A stretch of DNA of 63,676 nt, the filler included, from Actinobacteria bacterium UBA7524 (GTDB taxonomy: Bacteria > Actinomycetota > Coriobacteriia > Anaerosomatales > UBA912): the NCBI GenBank assembly GCA_002478275.1. It is 7 parts of 6 records of this genome, joined end to end, with 100 filler letters (N's around TTAATTAATTAA, not from the genome) between each part and the next. Parts side by side here need not be neighbours in the genome. Positions count along the whole stretch, not along the records: positions 1 to 8,471 come from DLMY01000057.1; positions 8,572 to 11,420 come from DLMY01000010.1; 5 more parts are not named here. One strand, 5' to 3'. The position numbers and the translations under genes were made by a program. Shown here piece by piece: positions 1 to 10,307 of this stretch. The notes below the pieces were generated by a model, which searched no databases, was not told the DNA's origin, and saw only the letters and a program-made list of their open reading frames with translations. Position 1 is the first letter of the stretch. Every line of letters starts with the position of its first letter.

Positions 1-1781
1 GTGTACTTGATGGCGTTGTCGAGGAGATTGTCCAGCGCCACTGCTATGTCGGTGGGGTCGGCGACGGCATACAGGTCGACGCCGGCGGTCCCACGCTCCT
101 CGACCTTGAGTGCGAGTTCGCGGCGTTCCGCGGCGACACGGTGACCCGCCAGGGCGTTGGAGAGTACCTCCCTGACGTCTGTGACGGCATCGATCCGTGC
201 GGCCCCTTCGAGTCGTGAGAGATCCAGTAGATCGCCGACGAGACGGGAGAGGCGACGGGACTCCTCGGCGATTTGAGATGCGAACGCGAGCGCCTGCTCG
301 ATCTCCCCGTCCTGTGCGGCATGGTGGACGGATTCGGCCAGAAGGCCGATCGCTGCGGTCGGCGTCTTGAGCTCGTGACTNNNNNNNNNNNNNNNNNNNN
401 NNNNNNNNNNNNNNNNNNNNNNNNNNNNNNNNNNNNNNNNNNNNNNNNNNNNNNNNNNNNNNNNNNNNNNNNNNNNNNNNNNNNNNNNNNNNNNNNNNNN
501 NNNNNNNNNNNNNNNNNGTCGGCGTCTTGAGCTCGTGACTTGCGTTCGCTACGAATTCCTTGCGCATCCGATCCACGCGCGTTCGCTCGGTTATGTCGCT
601 GACCACGATCAGCGTGCGCCGATAGGTGTCGGTCGGATTCAGGTATACGGTGGCCACGCGCAGGAATCGCCCTGCGGGGTCGGGCCCGAACTCTGTGGCG
701 GCCATCGCCGCTCCCCGGACCGCCGCGATGATCGTGGCTGTCATCGAGGCCGGTAGCCCCGCCTGCTCGATGTCGAGCCCACGCCAGCCGGAAGTAGGGG
801 NNNNNNNNNNNNNNNNNNNNNNNNNNNNNNNNNNNNNNNNNNNNNNNNNNNNNNNNNNNNNNNNNNNNNNNNNNNNNNNNNNNNNNNNNNNNNNNNNNNN
901 NNNNNNNNNNNNNNNNNNNNNNNNNNNNNNNNGGGCGAGAACAGTCGCCCCGCCGCATCGTTCGCATATCGTATCTCGGTCTCGTGCAGCAGGAAGACCG
1001 CATCGGTCATGCCGTCAAGCACGGTTCTGAGATTGTGCTGTTCCGTCTGGAGGTCGTCGATACGGATCCTCATCTGCTTGCGGAGATCGGTCAAAGCCGA
1101 GGAGAGCACCGCCAGATCTCCCGCCTCAGCGGGTATCTCGGCGGAGAGGTCGCCGTGGGCCATCGTCTCGGCAGCATGTGAGAGGCGCTGGATGGGCTGA
1201 TATGCGGTAGCTGTGAGGCGCCTGACCAGTGGGACCGCGATGAGCAGGGCCGCTCCCATCAGCATGAGGCCGCTGCGCCTGGCTGACGCGGCGATGCGGC
1301 CTATATCTTCGAGCGACTCGGAGACCCTCAGCGCGCATGCCTCATCCTCGAATGTGACCGGCACGGCGACGTAGATGCGCTCGTTGCCCTGTGTCTCGCT
1401 CAGACGCCGGTCGAACCCGTTCTCGCCACCGAGAGCGGCCGCGACCTCCGGCCTGGAAGCATGGTTCTCCATGGTGGCGGGATCCGCATCGGAGTCGGCG
1501 ATGACGGTACCGTCAGCAGCGACGAGCGTCATGCGCAAGTCCGTCTCTCGCACCAAGCGTGCGATGGCTGTCTCCGGATCTGCACCGGGCAGCTCTATGA
1601 CTTGCGTACCTGCATGTGCGACGGCCAGCAGGTTGGTCTGCTGACGCTCTATCACCGTGGCCGTGAGCGGCCCGGCCAAGCTCCACGCCCAGGCTCCTGC
1701 GAACAAGCTGACGACAAGGAGGTAACCGACACCCAGGCGCGTTCTGTACGACTCGGACCATCGCCGGGTGAAGTCGGCCAT
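1..1781 (-). CDS. phoR: PhoR/SenX3-like sensor histidine kinase (HAMP, PAS, HisKA, HATPase); interrupted by two N gaps and truncated at the window start
   Basis: N-terminal TM helix, extracellular domain, second TM and HAMP. The H-box RKEFVANASHELKTP reads at ~520-570 and the N-box ALDNLLDNAIKYT at 1-40. It follows an OmpR-family regulator divergent from pstS. Confidence 0.85.
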
Positions 1782-1787
1782 GGTGTC

Positions 1788-2543
1788 CTACCGGCCTTCA
1801 CTTCTTGAGCCGGAGGCGGCTTCCGCCTTGGGTGTGGATGCGTGCGCTTCAGGCTTAGGGACCGGATCGAACCGATAGCCCATGCCGTGCACGGTGTGAA
1901 TGTAGAGGTACGCAGAGGGCTCCTCGACGGCCTGGCGCAGTCGCCTGATGTGGACGTCGATCGTACGGGACGAGGGCAGGAAGTCGTAACCCCAGACCTC
2001 CTGCGCGAGGTGTTGGCGCGTACGCAGCGCACCGGGATGCGTCGCCAGCGCCACGAGCAACTGGAATTCCTTGAGGCGGAGTCTCGCGGGTTCGCCCGCG
2101 ACCGAGACCCGCAGCTCGCTGGGCTCTATCAGCAAGTCCCCCGATTCTATGGACGCCTGGCGTTCGAGCACGTCACGCTCTCGCACACGTCGCAGGTTCG
2201 CGCGCACTCGCGCGAGCAGTTCTTCCACCGAGAAAGGCTTGGTGATGTAGTCGTCCGCGCCTGCGTCCAGGCCGCGCACCTTGTCGCGCTCCTGGTCCAG
2301 TGCCGTGACCATGATGATGGCGGTGCTCTTGTCCTCGGAGCGCAGGGTCTCTGCGAACGTGTAGCCGTCGATGCCCGGAAGCATCAGGTCGAGCAGGATC
2401 AGGTCGGGCTTTTCGGACACTGCGATGCCGAGAGCCTCACGACCGTCGGCCGAAGTGAGTGTTTCAAAGCCTGCCCGCTTGAGCGCGTACTCGACGGTCT
2501 GCCTGATGATCGGGTCGTCTTCTACGACCAGGATACGTGCCAT
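1788..2543 (-). CDS. phoP: OmpR/PhoB-family response regulator (PhoP/RegX3-like)
   Basis: Receiver motifs ILVVEDD, LLDLMLPGIDG and GADDYITKPF; winged-helix RTIDVHIRRLR...TVHGMGYRF; divergent from pstSCAB. Confidence 0.9.
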   Translation of the reverse strand: MARILVVEDDPIIRQTVEYALKRAGFETLTSADGREALGIAVSEKPDLILLDLMLPGIDGYTFAETLRSEDKSTAIIMVTALDQERDKVRGLDAGADDYITKPFSVEELLARVRANLRRVRERDVLERQASIESGDLLIEPSELRVSVAGEPARLRLKEFQLLVALATHPGALRTRQHLAQEVWGYDFLPSSRTIDVHIRRLRQAVEEPSAYLYIHTVHGMGYRFDPVPKPEAHASTPKAEAASGSRSEGR

Positions 2544-2607
2544 CTCGCTGCTCCTTCTGGTGGGTACCGTGGGTCATCATCGCACGGCGAGGATTGGTTT
2601 CAAATGC

Positions 2608-2657
2608 GTTTAACAGAAGTGTTACATAGCCGACACGAGTTTAACAGGCGTGCAACC
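2608..2657 (+). promoter_or_regulatory. Putative Pho box: two pairs of 11-bp-spaced direct repeats
   Basis: GTTTAACA(2608)/GTGTTACA(2619) and GTTTAACA(2639)/GTGCAACC(2650) in the phoP-pstS intergenic region, resembling the TT(A/T/C)ACA Pho-box repeat. Confidence 0.6.
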
Positions 2658-2745
2658 AATCACCTGAGGTCGAGACATACGATGCTCCGTGGCCGGCGGG
2701 TTTCGCGTCGGAACGACGTAGTCAGATTGAGAAGGAGACGGACAG

Positions 2746-3642
2746 GTGAAAGCGGAAAGATGGATCGCGGTTGCACTCGCCGCAGTTCTCACGCTCGGTA
2801 CGTTCGGCATGGCGGGGTGCACAGACGGCGGTGCAGGGAGCACGGAAGCGGAGGAGCCGGAGGTCGTTGAGACTGCGGAGATCAGCGGTTCGGTCAACGT
2901 CGGCGGCTCGGACACGATGGTCAACCTCGGCCAGGCTCTCGCCGAGGCGTTCATGGAGGAGTACGACGCGGTCGATATCTCGGTGACCGGTGGCGGCTCC
3001 GGCACGGGAATCGCGGCCCTCATCAATGGGTCGGTGGACTTCGCCAACGCGTCGAGGGCCATCAAGGATGAAGAGGTTGATGAGGCCGAGGCGAATGGTA
3101 TCGAGCCAGTCGAGTATACGGTCGCGTTCGACGGCATCGCGGTTGTGGTCAACCCGGCCCTGGGTGTCGAGGACCTTACGTTCGAGCAGCTCGGCGCCAT
3201 CTACCGCGGGGAGATAACGAACTGGAAGGATGTCGGCGGACCCGACAAGGATATCGTCATCCTCTCCCGGGACACGTCTTCCGGCACGTACGCGTTCTTC
3301 CTCGAGCATGTCGTGCAGGCGGATGACAAAGAGGCGGTGTACTCGCCGAATGCTCGCCTGATGCCGTCGACGCAGGCTATCGTCGATGAGACCATCGCCA
3401 ACGACGCGGCGATCGGCTATGTCGGGCTTGGCTATGTCGTTCCCGAGATCGATATCGTCAAGATCGACGGAGTCGAGGCCAGCGCCGAGGCGGTTCAGGA
3501 CAAGAGCTACAACGTCTCGAGGCCGCTGTTCATGTACTCGGCCGGTGAGCCCGCTGCAGCCGGCAAGGCCTTCATCGACTGGATCCTGTCTGCCGACGGT
3601 CAGGCGGTCGTCGCCGAACTCGGCTTCGTTCCGGTCAGCTAG
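2746..3642 (+). CDS. pstS: Phosphate ABC transporter substrate-binding lipoprotein
   Basis: Lipobox MAGC; motifs GSDTM, GGGSGTGIAAL, ANASR and SRDTSSGT. Confidence 0.95.
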   Translation: MKAERWIAVALAAVLTLGTFGMAGCTDGGAGSTEAEEPEVVETAEISGSVNVGGSDTMVNLGQALAEAFMEEYDAVDISVTGGGSGTGIAALINGSVDFANASRAIKDEEVDEAEANGIEPVEYTVAFDGIAVVVNPALGVEDLTFEQLGAIYRGEITNWKDVGGPDKDIVILSRDTSSGTYAFFLEHVVQADDKEAVYSPNARLMPSTQAIVDETIANDAAIGYVGLGYVVPEIDIVKIDGVEASAEAVQDKSYNVSRPLFMYSAGEPAAAGKAFIDWILSADGQAVVAELGFVPVS

Positions 3643-3647
3643 TCGAT

Positions 3648-4571
3648 ATGGCACGCTCCTCCACAACACGGAGGCGCATCGGCCGCCCGGTCAGTAGTCG
3701 GGCGGCCGATGGTGCTGTCAGGAAGCTGATCACCGCGAACGGGTTGGTCGCCATTCTGATCCTGGCGGCCATCTTCTTGTTCCTGGCGTTCAACTCACAG
3801 CGGGCATTGCAGGAGGTGGGCATCCTCACGATGCTCACAGGCAGGGAGTGGTATCCCACCATCGGGGTGCCCAGATTCGGTTTTCTGCCACTGATGGCGG
3901 GGTCGATGGTCGTCACGCTGACGGCACTCGTCATGTCCGTGCCTGTGAGCATCGCTGCGGCGGTGTTCGTGTCCGAGTTCGCCACGCGGAGGGTCAAGGA
4001 GATCTCCAAGTCGATCATCGAGTTCATGGCAGCAGTTCCGTCCGTGGTCTACGGATTCGTCGGTCTCGCGGTCGTGGTGCCCTGGGTCAAGGAGGTGTTC
4101 CAGCTGAGCAGCGGGCTGTCCGCTCTCTCGGCGGCCGTCGTGCTGGCTTTCATGATCGCGCCCACGATAGTATCGATCGCAGAGGACGCCCTGCACGCTG
4201 TGCCTAACGAGTTGCGTCAGGGCTCGCTTGCTTTGGGTAATACGCGCTGGCAGACCACGTACAAGGTCGTCCTTCCTTCCGCGTCCTCTGGCGTTCTTGC
4301 CGGAGTGATGCTGGGGATGGGACGCGCTATCGGTGAGACCATGGCAGTGCTGATGCTCACCGGCAACGCCGCGATCCTGCCCAGCTCGGTGTTTGATTCC
4401 GTCAGGACCATCACCGGGACCATAGCGGCCGAGATGGGAAACGTCGTCCAGGGCGGGTTGCACCAATCGGTACTCTTCAACCTCGGACTCGTGCTGTTCA
4501 CGATCACCTTCATCATCAACCTCGTGGCTGATCTGGTTCTTGAGAAGCAGCGCAAGAGGTGGCGCAGATGA
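3648..4571 (+). CDS. pstC: Phosphate ABC transporter permease
   Basis: VPSVVYG, EAA-like loop and GRAIGETMAV; follows pstS. Exact start is uncertain. Confidence 0.95.
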   Translation: MARSSTTRRRIGRPVSSRAADGAVRKLITANGLVAILILAAIFLFLAFNSQRALQEVGILTMLTGREWYPTIGVPRFGFLPLMAGSMVVTLTALVMSVPVSIAAAVFVSEFATRRVKEISKSIIEFMAAVPSVVYGFVGLAVVVPWVKEVFQLSSGLSALSAAVVLAFMIAPTIVSIAEDALHAVPNELRQGSLALGNTRWQTTYKVVLPSASSGVLAGVMLGMGRAIGETMAVLMLTGNAAILPSSVFDSVRTITGTIAAEMGNVVQGGLHQSVLFNLGLVLFTITFIINLVADLVLEKQRKRWRR

Positions 4572-5428
4572 GAACCAGGATCAGGCGTGCCAAGGCCGCT
4601 CAGACGGCGGCGATGGTACTCACGGGCCTTGCTGCGGCGTTCATCGTGGCTGCCGCACTGTATCTCCTCGCAATCATCGTGATGCGGGGACTGCCGGGTG
4701 TGAGCTGGGAGTTCCTTACGCAGCCGCCTCGTGGTCAGATGAAGGAGGGCGGCATCTTCCCGGTGATCGTGGGAACCCTTGCGCTGACCGGGCTGACGGC
4801 AGCAGTCAGCCTCCCGGTGGGTATCGCGGCAGGGATCTACTTGTCGGAGTACGCGACCAGGGGGCGCGTGACCCGGATCGTGAGACTGGCGATCAGTAAC
4901 ATGGCCGGTGTGCCATCGATCGTCTACGGACTGTTCGGCCTGGCGCTGTTCGTGAACCTCATGGGGTTCGGTAAGTCCATACTCGCGGGAGGACTCACCC
5001 TTGCGTGCCTCACCTTACCGGTCATCATCACCGCCACCGAGGAGGCCTTGCGCCAGATACCGTCGGACCTGAGACAGGCTTCGCTGGCTCTGGGAGCGAC
5101 GCGCTGGAGGACGATCTACCGCGTAGTGCTGCCCGCGGCGGCCCCGGGCATCGTCACGGGTTCGATACTCGGCCTCTCGCGAGCGGTCGGCGAGACGGCC
5201 CCCATCCTCTTCACCGCGGTGGCGTACTACAAGCGGCAGCTACCCACATCGCTCCTGTCCGATGTCATGGCGCTGCCGTATCACATCTACATCATGGCGA
5301 CCCAGGTGACAGGCCGCCCTGACGAGATCGTTTGGGGCACTGCGCTGGTGTTGGTGGCTGGTGTGACGCTGGTCAGCGTCGCCGCCGCAGGATGGCGCTC
5401 GCTTCAGAGAAGAAAGGTGCGATGGTGA
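4568..5428 (+). CDS. pstA: Phosphate ABC transporter permease
   Basis: [11 protein letters not shown] and [15 protein letters not shown] at 4568 overlaps the pstC stop (ATGA). Confidence 0.95.
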   Translation: MRTRIRRAKAAQTAAMVLTGLAAAFIVAAALYLLAIIVMRGLPGVSWEFLTQPPRGQMKEGGIFPVIVGTLALTGLTAAVSLPVGIAAGIYLSEYATRGRVTRIVRLAISNMAGVPSIVYGLFGLALFVNLMGFGKSILAGGLTLACLTLPVIITATEEALRQIPSDLRQASLALGATRWRTIYRVVLPAAAPGIVTGSILGLSRAVGETAPILFTAVAYYKRQLPTSLLSDVMALPYHIYIMATQVTGRPDEIVWGTALVLVAGVTLVSVAAAGWRSLQRRKVRW

Positions 5429-6225
5429 TCGGGATCCACGAGAACAGCAGCAACGGCGGCGAGTTCGAGCTGAGAGATGTATCGGTGACGTATGGTTCGG
5501 AACTCGCCGTCGCAGGGGTCTCGATGGATATCGAACGCTGTGCCGTCACCGCTTTGATCGGTCCGTCGGGATGCGGCAAATCCACGCTATTGCGGTGCCT
5601 CAACCGTATGAACGATGAAGTCAGCAATGCAACGGTCGGTGGCTCGATCAAGCTGGACGGGACCGACATCTATGGAAAGGACATGGACCCCGTCGAGCTT
5701 CGGACGCGTGTCGGACAGGTCTTCCAGAAACCCAACCCGTTCCCGATGACGATCTATGACAACGTCGCGTACGGACCGCGTACGCAGGGGCTGCGCCAGC
5801 GGGGTGCGCTTGACGACCTGGTCGAGCGCTCGTTGAAGCGCGCCGCGCTGTGGACCGAGGTCAAGAAGGACCTCAAGAAGCACGCTTTCGAGCTTTCCGG
5901 CGGCCAGCAGCAGCGTCTGTGTATCGCGCGTGCTCTCGCCACACAGCCCGAGGTCCTCTTGATGGACGAGCCTGCGTCTTCGCTCGACCCGATCTCGACG
6001 CAGCAGATCGAGGACACCATCGCCGAACTCAAGTCCTCGGTGACCATAGTGATCGTGACCCACAACATGCAGCAGGCCGCGCGCATCTCCGACTGGACCG
6101 CTTTCATGCTGCGGGAATCGATGGAGGAGCCGGCAGCTCTCGTGGAAGTAGGAGAGACGCGCTCGATGTTCACCAATCCCGGCGACAAGCGCACCGAAGC
6201 CTACATCACCGGTCGTTTCGGCTAG
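5422..6225 (+). CDS. pstB: Phosphate ABC transporter ATP-binding protein
   Basis: Walker [34 protein letters not shown] and C-terminal YITGRFG. ATG at 5422 follows AGAAAGG. Confidence 0.95.
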   Translation: MVIGIHENSSNGGEFELRDVSVTYGSELAVAGVSMDIERCAVTALIGPSGCGKSTLLRCLNRMNDEVSNATVGGSIKLDGTDIYGKDMDPVELRTRVGQVFQKPNPFPMTIYDNVAYGPRTQGLRQRGALDDLVERSLKRAALWTEVKKDLKKHAFELSGGQQQRLCIARALATQPEVLLMDEPASSLDPISTQQIEDTIAELKSSVTIVIVTHNMQQAARISDWTAFMLRESMEEPAALVEVGETRSMFTNPGDKRTEAYITGRFG

Positions 6226-6433
6226 ATCCGCCGAGGAAACCGTTTCTTGCTGAAGGACCTGCCGCGGCGGGTCCTTGGCGTTCCCAGGGCCACCCCGATC
6301 CTGCTGCCTTGCGCAGACAGCACACCTGAGCTGCGGGTTAAGAGTCTGTTTTGAGGTGGATATGTATCCTCGGCCAGTATCGGTCACGCCTGGCCGGGCG
6401 TTGGGTTAGCCGATACGAGGGGAGAGGAATGAC

Positions 6434-7105
6434 ATGGATATCGTACATAGAGTGGTCTTGGGGTGTGTGACCGCCGCGATGTGTGTGAACCTGGGGGCGC
6501 CGGTTGCGGTAGCTGCGCCGGACGGCCGGGGTGCGGAACCGCCGCGCCAGTGCTTCGATGAGAGGCCGGCCATGCCGAAGGACCCGGACCTTCTGGTGCC
6601 TGAAGGCCTCGACGTGCCACCGGAAGAGGCCGGCTCGACCGGAGATGGTTCGAACAACTTGTCGTTTGCGCAGTTCCGAGATGGCGACATCGTGGTCGCG
6701 ATGGAGAGCCTGAGCGTTGGCCATGCCGGTATCTGGGATGCGCGTTACGCCACGGGTGACCGCTCACTTTGCGTCTGGAGTGCGGTCAAGTCAGTTCCGG
6801 CATGTGTGCTGCGCGAGGCGCCGGTGAGGTACCGGACCTATGACAAGGCGTTCGGGCTCTACGTCCCAGGCGTGGCCGCGGCTACAAGGGCCCTGGTACG
6901 CACGTACTGCGCAGCACAGAATGGGGAGCCGTACGACATCTCATCGAGCAAGACCAACGAGAGCAGATGGTACTGCAGCAAGCTCGTGTGGGCGGGCTAC
7001 TTCCGCAGGGCGAATCGCGACATCGACGCTAACGGCGGCTACTGGGTGAGTCCTGCCGACATCTACAGCGATAACGATACAGTCGTGTTCGCTGCCGGTA
7101 ACTAG
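6434..7105 (+). CDS. Secreted permuted papain-like (YiiX/YebB-like NlpC/P60) protein
   Basis: Signal peptide; GDIV, GHAGI, PYD, WYCSKLVWAGY and VSPADI motifs, with His preceding Cys (permuted order). Confidence 0.8.
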   Translation: MDIVHRVVLGCVTAAMCVNLGAPVAVAAPDGRGAEPPRQCFDERPAMPKDPDLLVPEGLDVPPEEAGSTGDGSNNLSFAQFRDGDIVVAMESLSVGHAGIWDARYATGDRSLCVWSAVKSVPACVLREAPVRYRTYDKAFGLYVPGVAAATRALVRTYCAAQNGEPYDISSSKTNESRWYCSKLVWAGYFRRANRDIDANGGYWVSPADIYSDNDTVVFAAGN

Positions 7106-7118
7106 GGGGCTGGGGAGG

Positions 7119-8234
7119 ATGACGGTCATGGGCCGGAGTCACGTACTGAGGTTCACCGCGATCGTGCTTTGCATCGTGTGTGTGATGTCGCTGTGCGGGT
7201 GCGATGGTATTCGAGACGTCTGGCGCGCTGCTGGAGCACCGAAGTCCTTTGAGCCCGTCTCGGGACCCGTGGCCGTCGTCCTCGGCAGTAGACCCCCGCG
7301 GCTGATGTTGGTTGACCCGGATACACTTCAAGTTCGCCATGAGGTGAAGTTGCGGTCGCTTGCCATCGACATCGAGGTCGATGGAAGGTATGTGGTCGTT
7401 CCCGTGTGCGGACCGCCCGGTGCGGAGAGCGATACCGTTGTCGGCGTGGTCGACCTGTCTCAAGGAACTGTGGACTACATCGATACGGGAAGACTTGGAC
7501 CCGACCGTACGTGGGTGGCCGACGGAGGCTGGGCGCTTATCATGAGCTCCGAGGTGCTCGAAGGTGGGATGTCCGGGTTCTCACTGGACATGGCATCTCT
7601 TTCGGGAGTGCCCCTGACGCTTCCCCACGGATCCGGTGCCGGAGCTGTGGTGGGTGATGAGGTCTGGCTGGTTGAGCGGATCGCGCAAGAGGGAGATCCA
7701 GAGGGAGCAGGAGGGGACCTCGTGGAGCGAGTCTGGGCATTCAGCGAGGGCGGCGAAGTCCGCGAGGTGGTGCTGGACGCACGAGACATCGTCAGCATGA
7801 CCGCGGTTGCAGACCACATCGTGCTGGTCCGGGGGTATCCCGCGAGCGGTGAACAGCAGTCGCTCGAGATACTCAGTCGCGAGAACCTGTCTGAGGGTGT
7901 GGTTCGTGCGCTCACGGAGGCGACCGGACCCGTGCGTGCGGTCAGCGCGCTGCCCGGGGGACGCGTGGGTGTGTTGACCGGTTCGGACTCCGCGACGGCT
8001 GACCCGAACGGCCGACTGATAGTAGTCGATGTGGAGACAGCCCAGACAGTGGGGGTCGTGGACGAACTGGATGGGGCTGTCGCACTGTCCGTGGCAGGAT
8101 CGCGGATTCTCGTGCTGTGCGAGGAGTCTGCCGAACTGGCCTGGGTGGACACCGAGCGCTGGGTCGTTGGTGGTCGCACTCGCATCGGCTCTGAGCCTTA
8201 CGATCTTCTCGACTTGTCGTACAGTGAACGGTGA
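7119..8234 (+). CDS. Putative lipoprotein, probable beta-propeller
   Basis: Lipobox-like LCGC after a hydrophobic stretch; repeated VVD/IVVD beta-strand blades. Confidence 0.6.
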   Translation: MTVMGRSHVLRFTAIVLCIVCVMSLCGCDGIRDVWRAAGAPKSFEPVSGPVAVVLGSRPPRLMLVDPDTLQVRHEVKLRSLAIDIEVDGRYVVVPVCGPPGAESDTVVGVVDLSQGTVDYIDTGRLGPDRTWVADGGWALIMSSEVLEGGMSGFSLDMASLSGVPLTLPHGSGAGAVVGDEVWLVERIAQEGDPEGAGGDLVERVWAFSEGGEVREVVLDARDIVSMTAVADHIVLVRGYPASGEQQSLEILSRENLSEGVVRALTEATGPVRAVSALPGGRVGVLTGSDSATADPNGRLIVVDVETAQTVGVVDELDGAVALSVAGSRILVLCEESAELAWVDTERWVVGGRTRIGSEPYDLLDLSYSER

Positions 8235-8250
8235 AACACCTCGATAACGC

Positions 8251-8295
8251 GACAGGACGCGCCGAGGGGGGGAGGAGGCGCGTCCTGTCATATTT
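8251..8295 (+). terminator. Intrinsic terminator-like hairpin
   Basis: 13-bp perfect stem GACAGGACGCGCC/GGCGCGTCCTGTC followed by ATATTT, just after the 8234 stop. Confidence 0.6.
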
Positions 8296-8449
8296 GAGTG
8301 GCGTTACCCGCCCCGAGGGGGGAGGGGGATAGAGCGGGTCGCCATGCTCTGCGACTACATTAGCAAGCTTCATGCCGAAGTTGCCACAAGAAGTCGCTGA
8401 ATAGGATAATGCCAATAGTGGATAGTCGTGTCAAGGCTGGACGTGTTGC

Positions 8450-8471
8450 GAGCGCGTAAGGTTTCGGGGGG
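8450..8471 (+). repeat. 22-bp sequence at a scaffold end, exact reverse complement of 11521..11542 (possible IS or repeat terminus)
   Basis: GAGCGCGTAAGGTTTCGGGGGG here; CCCCCCGAAACCTTACGCGCTC at the start of a different scaffold. Confidence 0.6.
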
Positions 8472-8515
8472 NNNNNNNNNNNNNNNNNNNNNNNNNNNNN
8501 NNNNNNNNNNNNNNN

Positions 8516-8527
8516 TTAATTAATTAA
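8516..8527. other. Artificial scaffold linker TTAATTAATTAA (also at 11465, 37320, 49126, 54308 and 59928)
   Basis: Identical six-frame-stop 12-mer embedded in N runs at six positions. Confidence 0.97.
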
Positions 8528-8571
8528 NNNNNNNNNNNNNNNNNNNNNNNNNNNNNNNNNNNNNNNNNNNN

Positions 8572-9951
8572 CAGATGTGCTTCCGCTGCCACAGCCTGGT
8601 GAGTGACTTCGGCGAAGGCGCGGGCAAGCAGCCCGGTACCCCGAAGCCGTCCGACTACGTGGATTGGTACGGCACGCAGACGATGAAGAAGTCCAACGTC
8701 GTCATCTATCAGCAGATGTTGGACTCCAACAACACGCACGGCCACAAGCCGCACCTCTATCACAACATCCACCTGCTCGACGAGGTCGATGAGACCCAGG
8801 CCTACATCAGTGCCAACAAGCACGTCGAGTGTGCTGACTGCCACAACCACCATGCGGTGGGCACGGCACGTCACGAGTTCGGCACCACCAACGAGGTCTC
8901 AGACGCCATCAGAGGAGTGACAGGCCAGGCCTTCAACTCCGCGGCGATCGGCACCACGAACTTCCCGACCGACGCACAGGTCAATGCTCGCCTGAGCTGG
9001 AAGGGATACGCACAAGGGTTCTCGACCTACGAATACGAGATCTGCCTCAAGTGTCACTCCTCGGCGAACACGAACTACGCCAGCTGGGGCGGCAACAAGA
9101 CGAGTGTGTCGAACGTCGGCAACGCCAAGCCCTACGGCTGGGCGGCCTACACAGGCCCTAATCCTGCTGTGACCGTCCCGCGCTGGACGAATGTGGCAAG
9201 AGAGTTCAGCCTGGGCAACCAGTCGCGCCACCCGGTTCTCGCGCCAGCTCCGACTACCGACCCAAGCACGAGCTACGGCACGAGCAGAGTCTTCGCCGGA
9301 CAGCTCTCCGCAGGATGGAAGCCTGGTGACACCATGTTCTGTTCGGACTGCCATGGCGACCCGAACGCACCGAGCCCGTGGCTGCTCGACGTCAACGGCA
9401 ACGTGGTACTCGACGGCAACGGCGAGCCGACTATGAACCCGGATATGCTCAACTATGCACAAGGTCCGCACGGCTCCTCGGTGGCGTTCTCGCTGCGCGG
9501 GCCGCGCACGGACTGGCCGGTCGCGACCACCGGACCTCAGGCTGGGCAGCTCATCACGATGAACATGCTGCTCAACACGAGCTACGACAACCTCTTCTGC
9601 ACCAACTGCCATCCAGGGGTACGTGCGAACAAGGTCCACGGCGGAGGTCAGGGTGCTCACGCGGCTGCCGCATGCATCAACTGCCACATCCTCATCCCGC
9701 ACGGCGGTGCGATGTCGCGCCTGATCGGTGATGGTGAAGGTGCTACGAACGGTACGCCGAGCGGCATGCCCGCGCGCTACGCCTACAATAACGACCTGCG
9801 TACCATGTATGTCAGGAGCTTCAACAAGAAGGCCGACCCCAACACCTACGCCAAGAACGACTGTACGGCGACGACATACAGCGGCACCAACTGCGGCGGC
9901 GGTGGCTCCAAGCACTCGTCAACCCAGAACTCCTCGCACGAGAACTGGTAG
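8572..9951 (+). CDS. Multiheme cytochrome c, C-terminal part (5' truncated)
   Basis: Six CxxCH motifs (CFRCH, CADCH, CLKCH, CSDCH, CTNCH, CINCH), extra His ligand candidates (RHPV, GPHGS) and a terminal C-X9-C-X6-H. Confidence 0.9.
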   Translation, partial: QMCFRCHSLVSDFGEGAGKQPGTPKPSDYVDWYGTQTMKKSNVVIYQQMLDSNNTHGHKPHLYHNIHLLDEVDETQAYISANKHVECADCHNHHAVGTARHEFGTTNEVSDAIRGVTGQAFNSAAIGTTNFPTDAQVNARLSWKGYAQGFSTYEYEICLKCHSSANTNYASWGGNKTSVSNVGNAKPYGWAAYTGPNPAVTVPRWTNVAREFSLGNQSRHPVLAPAPTTDPSTSYGTSRVFAGQLSAGWKPGDTMFCSDCHGDPNAPSPWLLDVNGNVVLDGNGEPTMNPDMLNYAQGPHGSSVAFSLRGPRTDWPVATTGPQAGQLITMNMLLNTSYDNLFCTNCHPGVRANKVHGGGQGAHAAAACINCHILIPHGGAMSRLIGDGEGATNGTPSGMPARYAYNNDLRTMYVRSFNKKADPNTYAKNDCTATTYSGTNCGGGGSKHSSTQNSSHENW

Positions 9952-9964
9952 GCCCCCGTCTGCA

Positions 9965-9997
9965 GGATGAGTGGGGGAGGTCGTACCCCACTCATCC
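9965..9997 (+). terminator. Terminator-like hairpin after the cytochrome gene
   Basis: 12-bp stem GGATGAGTGGGG/CCCCACTCATCC. Confidence 0.55.
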
Positions 9998-10307
9998 GCG
10001 CTGTTCGCCAGTCTGTCCCTTCGTCACCGCGGTATGCCATATTTCCTGCTCTCCGCGTTGCCCGCCCGGGTACTCCTTAACTATGATGAATGATGCCTGG
10101 CTGCGCGTTCTCGTGCACGTAACCGGGTGCTGTGGGCTCGTGGAGGCCACTCCCTGATGTTTGGGTCGCGGGGGTTCTGTCGCCGTCCTACACAGCGTGT
10201 TTCTAGGGGTAAAGGGTGGTGTCGGCGGAGGGGCGCGTCCGGCAGCGGGACACGGACCGAGATGCCTGGAAGATCGCCGGTCCGGTGGCGACAGGGAGTG
10301 ACTTCAT

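Noticed and set aside
358..540. 23-bp direct repeat GTCGGCGTCTTGAGCTCGTGACT on both sides of the first N gap
   Set aside because: Scaffolding overlap artefact: merging the copies restores the continuous kinase H-box (SHELKTPTAAIGLL).
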